IMG/VR virus record: IMGVR_UViG_3300037010_000217
DNA: 64,000 nucleotides
From: an uncultured virus (IMG/VR IMGVR_UViG_3300037010_000217)
Taxonomy: Duplodnaviria > Heunggongvirae > Uroviricota > Caudoviricetes
Reading direction: 5' to 3' (one strand)
The position numbers and the translations under genes were made by a program. Below the pieces are notes generated by a model, which was not told where the DNA came from, searched no databases, and worked only from the letters and a program-made list of their open reading frames with translations. Below are positions 57,473 to 64,000 of this stretch, in pieces (the first letter of the stretch is position 1; the number at the start of each line of letters is the position of its first letter).

Positions 57473-59209
57473 TTACGATAGAATGTATTTAGCAGATTGC
57501 ATCTTAACGTCAAGATCATCACATAGTTTCTCAATCTTAATATCTTCACCAGATATTTGAGATAAGATACTAGACAGGTAATCTTTTTTAGCTAAGTCGA
57601 TCATGATATCTTTAAAGATACCACGCATTTTCTTAGCATTGTTTGGGTGACACACGAATGAGTCATGGATATGAACTACTTCAAATGGACAACGTCTAAT
57701 GAGTTCTCTTGCTACCATAGCATCAAAGCTATGAGTTAGATTAGCCATTAGGTGTGTATACGATCCTGAAGCACCTAATACACTTTTAGTATATTCAAAG
57801 GTTACATCATCTTCTAATGTTACCATCAAGGTTTCATTGTAAGAGTGACGTAATACTACTTCAAAGCCATCAGGCATAGTCCATCTATGCTCAGCTGTAT
57901 CTTTCCATATAGAAGGAATAGCTTCTAATAGCTCACTTGGGCCAGTAAAACCTTTACTAATTGCCTTATAGAATGCCTTTAACTGATTCTCATTAAATGC
58001 TTTCTTAGGTGTAGCAACAGAGTTATACCAATGAGTCATGAAAGGCTTCTTAGCTTTATTACGATCTACAGCATCAGTTGCTGATAATTCGCTATTCATA
58101 AGATTTACCACATATGAATACACATCTTCACGTTTACCTGTATCTATTAAATTTACTTTAGCAGCTGTGGTTTCGCATCCAGTCAGTGCAGCTAAGATCT
58201 GCAGACCAGAAGCTGTACAGTCCCACATTACAGGTAGACCAATAGGCATACCATCTAATGCATCTAAATATGCCATTACAGCCTTTGTGAATAGAATTGG
58301 TTCTGCTATATCATCTAAGTCTATGGTTACTTCACCATCCACTACAGATACTTTAGAAGCTACTAGTTCATATCCTTTAGCTAAGCGATCTGTCCAAGAT
58401 AGTTTATCGTAGCCTGCTGTGTTAGCAATCCACATAACTATTTCTTCTAGACCTTCCTCAGTGCATACTTCTGCTTTAGCAAAGTTAAGTGTAGCTTTGT
58501 GGTACTCACTGGATTGTAGATTTAACTCATACCCTTTTGAATACATACGACCACGCTTGTCATACTGCCACATAAAGTAGAATTTTCTATCTCCTATATC
58601 ATCTACTACGTCCTTAACCTTCTTCTTATCATAAGAAGTTACATCTTTAAACGTATCAGTAATATAACGATCTAGTTTAAACCCTACAGACTGTAGCTTG
58701 TTTAGTACTGGTAGACAGATCTCACCATCATGGTGATTCTTACTACCTAGTAGAGCACTGTGCTTAATGGTGTAATAACCTCCGTTATTATTAGAGGTCC
58801 AGCTTTTAGGCTCTACTAATAGTGGTGGTAGAACTGTTGTCTGAGCTAGTTCTTGCTCTTGAGCATGTGGTAGAAATATATTGTTCTTAATATATAAACT
58901 ACCTTCATTAGATTGGATAATGGTATAAATACCGCTTTTAGCACCTACCATAAGGTAATCTTTCTTGATTACCTCCTCTGGTTCAACGCATAACAAACTA
59001 GCTAATCTAGCTATAAGCCCTTGAATAGGCTTATTCTTACTATTCTCTAGTACAGCTAGTAGTAAAGCTGCTGCTACTTCCTCAGTCATACCTAACTGAG
59101 TTAGTACTAATGTGTCTGTGCTATCAATTAGATCATAAATTCTAGAGGTAGCTAACCTCTTAGAGTATTTGTTCTCTAATTGGATTTGTAATTCATATAA
59201 GTTTTGCAT
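57473..59209 (-). CDS. Single-chain T7-type RNA polymerase (N4 RNAPII gp15+gp16 equivalent)
   Basis: 'YDKRGRMY', motif A 'WDCTASGLQIL', B 'RNKAKKPFMTHWYNS', C 'IHDSF'. Confidence 0.92.
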   Translation of the reverse strand: MQNLYELQIQLENKYSKRLATSRIYDLIDSTDTLVLTQLGMTEEVAAALLLAVLENSKNKPIQGLIARLASLLCVEPEEVIKKDYLMVGAKSGIYTIIQSNEGSLYIKNNIFLPHAQEQELAQTTVLPPLLVEPKSWTSNNNGGYYTIKHSALLGSKNHHDGEICLPVLNKLQSVGFKLDRYITDTFKDVTSYDKKKVKDVVDDIGDRKFYFMWQYDKRGRMYSKGYELNLQSSEYHKATLNFAKAEVCTEEGLEEIVMWIANTAGYDKLSWTDRLAKGYELVASKVSVVDGEVTIDLDDIAEPILFTKAVMAYLDALDGMPIGLPVMWDCTASGLQILAALTGCETTAAKVNLIDTGKREDVYSYVVNLMNSELSATDAVDRNKAKKPFMTHWYNSVATPKKAFNENQLKAFYKAISKGFTGPSELLEAIPSIWKDTAEHRWTMPDGFEVVLRHSYNETLMVTLEDDVTFEYTKSVLGASGSYTHLMANLTHSFDAMVARELIRRCPFEVVHIHDSFVCHPNNAKKMRGIFKDIMIDLAKKDYLSSILSQISGEDIKIEKLCDDLDVKMQSAKYILS

Positions 59210-59266
59210 ATCTATTCCTCGTCAGGTTGATATCAGTTACTATCTAATATAAATACTAATAAATAT

Positions 59267-59294
59267 GCCCTATACCTATTACTAGGTATAAGGC
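59267..59294 (-). terminator. Hairpin terminator or processing site
   Basis: GCCCTATACCTA/TAGGTATAAGGC stem. Confidence 0.6.
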
Positions 59295-59300
59295 TTAAGA

Positions 59301-59570
59301 TTATTTCTTGAGAATATCCATGATACTTTTCTTCTCATGTACTTTTTCTTCAAGTACCTCTAAGACTAAGCTACCATCTGCGATAGCTTGAATTACATCC
59401 ATAAGTTCTACCTCATACCCTTGAAGGGTTAATTTACCCTTGTTAGTTAGATTCAAGAGTAGACCATATACACTATTTTCACCATTTGGTGTACGAACAG
59501 CGTAAGTTACACGGTTAGCGTTGTTGCTAGTATTGTTAGTTGATGCATTTGCTTTTACGATTAAAGCCAT
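59301..59570 (-). CDS. Early protein (position comparable to N4 gp2)
   Basis: GGAG RBS; downstream of a phage promoter repeat. Confidence 0.6.
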   Translation of the reverse strand: MALIVKANASTNNTSNNANRVTYAVRTPNGENSVYGLLLNLTNKGKLTLQGYEVELMDVIQAIADGSLVLEVLEEKVHEKKSIMDILKK

Positions 59571-59616
59571 TTGAATTCTCCAATGATTAATGATTAATTG
59601 ATGCTGATTTAAATAG

Positions 59617-59639
59617 ATTCCACAACTCAGAGACCCTAA
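59617..59639 (-). promoter_or_regulatory. Putative vRNAP early promoter, copy 3
   Basis: ATTCCACAACTCAGAGACCCTAA. Confidence 0.7.
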
Positions 59640-59733
59640 AAAATAGGTATCCCTTCCTCTTGTAATACTATCTTAGATAATTTTATTGGTTTATTACTCC
59701 CTAAGCCTAAGCCTAGAGAGTAAGAATTTGTTG

Positions 59734-59961
59734 TTATGGTGTTTGTGTAGTTGTGTCATTACTACGCATTGCTTGCACTCCGTATGCAAGTGCTGATAAT
59801 ACTGCAACACCGCCTAATGCTAAGACAGCTACGTATCCTTTAGTGCCCTCACTTACTACGTCTAGCATAGATGCAGTCATTACTGCGTCCATACTTTCCT
59901 CTACTGATGTAGCCTGTAAGAACTTACCTGTTGTACTCTTAGCGAATTGTTTACGTGCCAT
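59734..59961 (-). CDS. Early protein with one TM helix
   Basis: AAGGA RBS; downstream of a promoter repeat. Confidence 0.65.
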   Translation of the reverse strand: MARKQFAKSTTGKFLQATSVEESMDAVMTASMLDVVSEGTKGYVAVLALGGVAVLSALAYGVQAMRSNDTTTQTP

Positions 59962-59992
59962 GATGATATTCCTTATTCAAATATTAGATTAA

Positions 59993-60015
59993 ATTCCACA
60001 ACTCCGAGACCCTAA
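59993..60015 (-). promoter_or_regulatory. Putative vRNAP early promoter, copy 2
   Basis: ATTCCACAACTCCGAGACCCTAA, 22/23 identical to copy 3. Confidence 0.7.
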
Positions 60016-60237
60016 GAGACTATTTGATAAGTGTATTTATGTGTGCATTAAACATGTGTGCAAATAGATGGTATAGATTATTGTCTATGGTGTGTGCATA
60101 AGGTATAGAGTATTGATTATGTATGTGTGCTGTATTTAGGAATGAATGATAATGATGTGTGTGATAGGACTAAGGATATATTTAGGAAAAATATTCTTAT
60201 AAACTATGTTAGTTTTAACAATAGTTAAAAATTTAAG

Positions 60238-60267
60238 AAAAAATAAACCTACCCAATAAAGGGTAGG
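60238..60267 (-). terminator. Rho-independent terminator
   Basis: CCTACCC/GGGTAGG stem followed by a T-rich tail on the minus strand. Confidence 0.7.
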
Positions 60268-60274
60268 AATAAGC

Positions 60275-60472
60275 TTATTTACGTAAGCTTGCTAACAGGC
60301 TATTAGACTGCTTAGCTTGGGTCTCTTCGAGGCCCCATTTACTCTCTTCTAACAGAGAGAGTAATGCTTTTGTATCAATGTCTTTAGGGACATTTACAAA
60401 GATAGGAAGGTACTCGATAGTACCGTCTTGATTTACAACGTAAATTTTATGTCCAACGTATGTTGTGTTCAT
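60275..60472 (-). CDS. First early gene (start MNTTYV)
   Basis: GAGGT RBS; the upstream extension in the track overlaps promoter copy 1. Confidence 0.65.
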   Translation of the reverse strand: MNTTYVGHKIYVVNQDGTIEYLPIFVNVPKDIDTKALLSLLEESKWGLEETQAKQSNSLLASLRK

Positions 60473-60506
60473 AATAATAAATACCTCAATTAAGATTAAA
60501 TAATAA

Positions 60507-60529
60507 ATACCATAACTCAGAGACTGTAA
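60507..60529 (-). promoter_or_regulatory. Putative vRNAP early promoter, copy 1
   Basis: ATACCATAACTCAGAGACTGTAA, variant of the repeat. Confidence 0.6.
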
Positions 60530-60697
60530 AAGGTTAAGCGTGAGCTTAAGTTTGTACTTCTTTATGAAGTACAACTAGGGGGGGGTATACCCTCCTCACT
60601 GTGTATACAGTGGTAAGTAATACACTTATACCAAAATTATAAAATTCCAAAAAAGTTTTCATACCAAAAATAAAAAATTTCTAAAAACCTGAAAAAG

Positions 60698-60727
60698 TTG
60701 ACTATAACCTATCCTTAATGCTATCTT
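60698..60727 (+). promoter_or_regulatory. Putative sigma70-type late promoter
   Basis: TTGACT-N18-TATCTT with extended -10 TG and upstream A tracts. Confidence 0.5.
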
Positions 60728-60754
60728 ATAAACACTAGGTATAGAGGAACATTT

Positions 60755-61480
60755 ATGGAACAAGAAGTATTAGATTCGCAGGTAGTTACTCCTACTATCA
60801 GTGATGATCTACTCAAGAACAGTTTACCTAAACATCTAAGAGGGTTAGTCACTGACTCCTTGGTTTCTACTGTTAACAGTATTGCTAATACAGATGGAGT
60901 GATGAGAGAAAGCTTTAGAGATAATCTCATTGGTTACATGCATGTATTGCAAGATGGTAAGTATAAGATTCAAGATTACATTAGTGCTGTAAGATACTGT
61001 AGCTATAGACTAATGGGTAGAGGTATTAGTGATAGTTATCGCAGTACATTCCCAGATAGATATGCTAGACTAATTCAAGAAGGTGCTAGTGCTAATCATA
61101 TCAGTGGTTTTGCTAGTGCTTATAATAAGAATAAACTAGTTAACCTCATTATGGAACAGAGTTTAATACCTACTTATGTATTGAACCAAGACATCTATCA
61201 AGAAGCTATTAATGTACAAGCAGAACTAATGAGAACAGCTAATAGTGAGAAGGTTAGAAGTGATGCTGCTAACAGTTTACTGACTCATCTAAAACAACCT
61301 GAGACTCGGAAGATTGAGATTGAAATGGGTGTTAAAGAGAGTAAGAGTATTGATGAATTAAGAGAAGCTACTAGAGCATTAGCTCAAGCTCAATTAACTG
61401 CTATTAGTACAGGTGCTATGAGTGTAATTGATGTAGCTCATAGTAAAATTATCCAAGGTACATGTGAGGAACAAGAGTGA
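60755..61480 (+). CDS. N4 gp69-like protein (putative terminase small subunit)
   Basis: 'YISAVRY.SY.LMG', 'AYNKNKLVNLIMEQS.IP', 'SEKVRSDAANSLLTHLK'. Confidence 0.8.
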   Translation: MEQEVLDSQVVTPTISDDLLKNSLPKHLRGLVTDSLVSTVNSIANTDGVMRESFRDNLIGYMHVLQDGKYKIQDYISAVRYCSYRLMGRGISDSYRSTFPDRYARLIQEGASANHISGFASAYNKNKLVNLIMEQSLIPTYVLNQDIYQEAINVQAELMRTANSEKVRSDAANSLLTHLKQPETRKIEIEMGVKESKSIDELREATRALAQAQLTAISTGAMSVIDVAHSKIIQGTCEEQE

Positions 61481-61830
61481 TGTTAAAGCATAAAGCTGTT
61501 AGTTTATTTCTAGAGAAGTTTAGAAATACTGGTGAGATTAGAGATATAGGCTCTAAGAAGAGTAAAGCTATCTTTGAGAAGATCACACTAGAGAATCTAG
61601 AAGATATTACTAAGATCATGAGATATAACGCTAATGGCTCAGTGTATATGCCTATCGTAGAAGAGATTGATTTAGAAGGTAAAATTGCTAGATGCGATAT
61701 GATACTAGTAAACTATAAGGAAGATCTTATTGGTTTGTATCTAGGTATTGGATACTTTGATGTACCAGAAGAAGGTACAATATTAATAATCAATAAAGAA
61801 AACCTAGATCTATTGTATCCCTTGGTTTAG
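61477..61830 (+). CDS. Hypothetical protein
   Basis: GAGGA RBS; GTGA overlap. Confidence 0.6.
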   Translation: MMLKHKAVSLFLEKFRNTGEIRDIGSKKSKAIFEKITLENLEDITKIMRYNANGSVYMPIVEEIDLEGKIARCDMILVNYKEDLIGLYLGIGYFDVPEEGTILIINKENLDLLYPLV

Positions 61831-61853
61831 TTGTTAATGTTTATAGGAATGAT

Positions 61854-62405
61854 GTGATGAAGATTGATAGTACAGTGTTGAAGTTAATGCAGAAACAGAT
61901 TAGCGTAGAAAATGCTAATCATTTAGTTTATATTGAATTAGCTAATTGGTGTTCATTTAATGGGTATGATAATGCCGCTGAGTTATTTACTAAACAAGCT
62001 GAAGGTGAGTTAACTCACAGAGACAGATTCAGAAGTTACTTGCTGGATCTTGGCTATATGCCTGATGCATTTACTTTGAATAAGTTTGATTATGGTGTTA
62101 TTGAAAACTTAGAAGATACTGTATTTGCTGCATTAGCTTTAGAGCAGAATACTACTAAACAGATTCTAGCTATTAAAGAAGCTGCTAATGAATCTGATGA
62201 CTATGTAAGTTCAGAAGAGTCTAATTGGTTCTTGGCTGAACAGAGAGAAGAAGAAAGTCTGTTTATTGGTTTAGTAGATAAGATCAATCAAATGAAGTTA
62301 TCAGATAGTTCTACTCCTGAGTGGTTCAAAGGTTCTTTACGAATTGAGTTAGATGAGTATATGGATCCTGATGATTCTGACGATTCTGAAGAGACTGATG
62401 ACTAA
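61854..62405 (+). CDS. Ferritin (non-haem FtnA-like)
   Basis: 'QISVE..N..VY..LANWC...G...AA..F.KQA.GE..H', 'ALALEQ..T', 'WFLAEQREEE' ferroxidase-type pattern. Confidence 0.85.
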   Translation: MMKIDSTVLKLMQKQISVENANHLVYIELANWCSFNGYDNAAELFTKQAEGELTHRDRFRSYLLDLGYMPDAFTLNKFDYGVIENLEDTVFAALALEQNTTKQILAIKEAANESDDYVSSEESNWFLAEQREEESLFIGLVDKINQMKLSDSSTPEWFKGSLRIELDEYMDPDDSDDSEETDD

Positions 62406-63988
62406 TGAGTAAACCTATAAAGCAATCTGTAGAGCATTGGCTTAATGCTGTTGACTACGGGAATGATATTAACTATGTCCCTAGTGAGTTCTCACTAGAG
62501 TTTGTTAACTTTATTAAGTTGGTTAATGGCAATGAAGGAGAAGAGAACTTAACCCCTATTATCCATTATAAGATGTTGGATCAGATTGCTGGAGGTAAGT
62601 CTAATACACTTAATATGTTATTCCGTGGTTCAGGTAAGACTACTGTATTTGGTGAGTATATGTTTTTATATCTTGCTACTTATGGGGAATTACCTGACTT
62701 TGGTAGAATTGATCTAGCTATCTATGTAAGTGATAGTATAGAGAACGGTGTAAAAAATATGAGGAAAAACTTAGAATTTAGATGGGAGAATAGTGAGTTT
62801 TTACAGCAATACGTCCCTGAAGCTAAGTTTACTGATATTAGGTGGGAGTTTACTAATAAAGATGGGAAGAAGCTCATCATCAAAGGGTATGGTGCATTAA
62901 CTGGTGTTCGTGGTAGTAAAGAGATGGGTAAGAGACCTAACTTTGCACTACTAGATGACTTGGTTTCTGATGATGGTGCTAGAAGTCCCACAATTACAGC
63001 CAGTATTGAAGATACTGTATATAAGGCTATTGATTATGCATTACATCCTACAAGACGTAAAATTATTTGGAACGGTACTCCGTTCAATAGTAATGACCCT
63101 TTATACAAAGCTGCTGAATCAGGTGCATGGTATGTCAACGTGTTTCCTGTGTGTAATACTTTTCCGTGCAGTCCAGAAGAGTTTAGAGGAGCGTGGGAAG
63201 ATCGATTTACATATCAGTATGTTAAAGATCAATACGATAAAGCAGTCCTTGCAGGAAAGGTAGATAGCTTCATGCAAGAGTTGATGTTAAGAATTATTAG
63301 TGATGATGATAGGTTAGTCTTTGATCATGACTTAGTGTGGTACGATTCTAAGAGAGTTCAGCAGAATAAAGAAAGGTTTAACTTCTATATTACTACTGAC
63401 TTTGCTACTAGTGAAGGTAAGGCTAGTGACTTTAGTGTTATAAGTGTATGGGCTTATAATAATAATGGTGATTGGTTACTGGTAGATGGAATTTGTGCTA
63501 GACAGTTAATGGATAAGAACATTGATGATCTATTTAGATTAGCTCAGATGTATAGACCTCAACAGGTAGGTATTGAGGTATCTGGTCAACAAGGAGGTTT
63601 TATCTCTTGGATCTATGATCAGATGACTACTAGAAATATCTACTTTACTCTGGCTAGTGAAAACAATAACGGTAGAGCTGGTATTAGACCCGCTACTAAT
63701 AAGATGGAAAGATTCAACGTAGTACTTCCCTGGTTTAAGACTAAGAAAATTTGGTTACCAGAAGATATGCGTGATCATCCTCTAGTGTTAGAACTATTAG
63801 AAGAGTTGAGATACGCTTCACCTAAAGGTTTTAAAAGTAAGCATGATGATGCTATTGATACAGTGTCTATGTTAGCTAAACTAAGCCCCTGGAAGCCTAC
63901 AGAAGAGACTGTAAATACAAAGACAGGTGATATGTTTGAAGATGAGCCTGAATTGACTGGCGGAGCTTATAGCTCGTATATTGTATAG
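62405..63988 (+). CDS. terL: Terminase large subunit (N4 gp68-like)
   Basis: 'FRGSGKTT', 'LLDD', 'DFATSE..SDFS', 'HDDAID'. Confidence 0.93.
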   Translation: MSKPIKQSVEHWLNAVDYGNDINYVPSEFSLEFVNFIKLVNGNEGEENLTPIIHYKMLDQIAGGKSNTLNMLFRGSGKTTVFGEYMFLYLATYGELPDFGRIDLAIYVSDSIENGVKNMRKNLEFRWENSEFLQQYVPEAKFTDIRWEFTNKDGKKLIIKGYGALTGVRGSKEMGKRPNFALLDDLVSDDGARSPTITASIEDTVYKAIDYALHPTRRKIIWNGTPFNSNDPLYKAAESGAWYVNVFPVCNTFPCSPEEFRGAWEDRFTYQYVKDQYDKAVLAGKVDSFMQELMLRIISDDDRLVFDHDLVWYDSKRVQQNKERFNFYITTDFATSEGKASDFSVISVWAYNNNGDWLLVDGICARQLMDKNIDDLFRLAQMYRPQQVGIEVSGQQGGFISWIYDQMTTRNIYFTLASENNNGRAGIRPATNKMERFNVVLPWFKTKKIWLPEDMRDHPLVLELLEELRYASPKGFKSKHDDAIDTVSMLAKLSPWKPTEETVNTKTGDMFEDEPELTGGAYSSYIV

Positions 63989-64000
63989 GTAAGGATTATA

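Noticed and set aside
60473..60574. N-terminal extension of ORF 60275..60574
   Set aside because: It overlaps the promoter repeat and hairpins; a good RBS precedes the Met at 60472
1334..63263. Numerous short antisense or nested ORFs in the track (e.g. 1334-1603, 9169-9429, 21100-21432, 53805-54194, 58038-58412, 62955-63263)
   Set aside because: They shadow well-supported genes and lack RBS or motifs; only the nested o-spanin was kept
1..64000. Prophage/integration module or alternative genetic code
   Set aside because: No integrase, repressor or host flanks; genes are intact and densely packed under the standard code, using all three stops

Overview
The window holds most of a circularly permuted genome of an AT-rich, N4-like (Schitoviridae-related) lytic podophage infecting a Gram-negative host (spanins, lipoproteins). 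The + strand (60755-64000, then 1-30615) carries the late block in N4 order: gp69-like protein, ferritin, terminase, tail/receptor-binding genes, lysis cassette, portal, scaffold-like protein, major capsid, gp55-51-like virion proteins and the virion RNA polymerase. The - strand (60472 down to 30605) carries early and middle genes: promoter-gene-terminator cassettes, a T7-type RNA polymerase, an AAA+/vWA pair, ThyX, class Ia RNR, DNA polymerase A, nuclease, primase, Sak4-like ATPase, SSB, dCMP deaminase, two tRNAs and a Tad2/Acb2-like anti-defence cluster. Most unusual: (1) the vRNAP is split into 2495-aa and 1395-aa genes, and their only two cysteines sit at the junction (last residue of part 1, residue 3 of part 2), suggesting covalent head-to-tail relinking; (2) a staphylococcal-nuclease-like domain at the vRNAP N-terminus; (3) a compact single-chain 578-aa RNAPII instead of the N4 heterodimer; (4) a Tsx/OmpK-like porin in the lysis region; (5) a ferritin coupled to the terminase; (6) a covarying hairpin array beside tRNA-Arg. 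All family calls come from motif recognition by eye; no searches were run.
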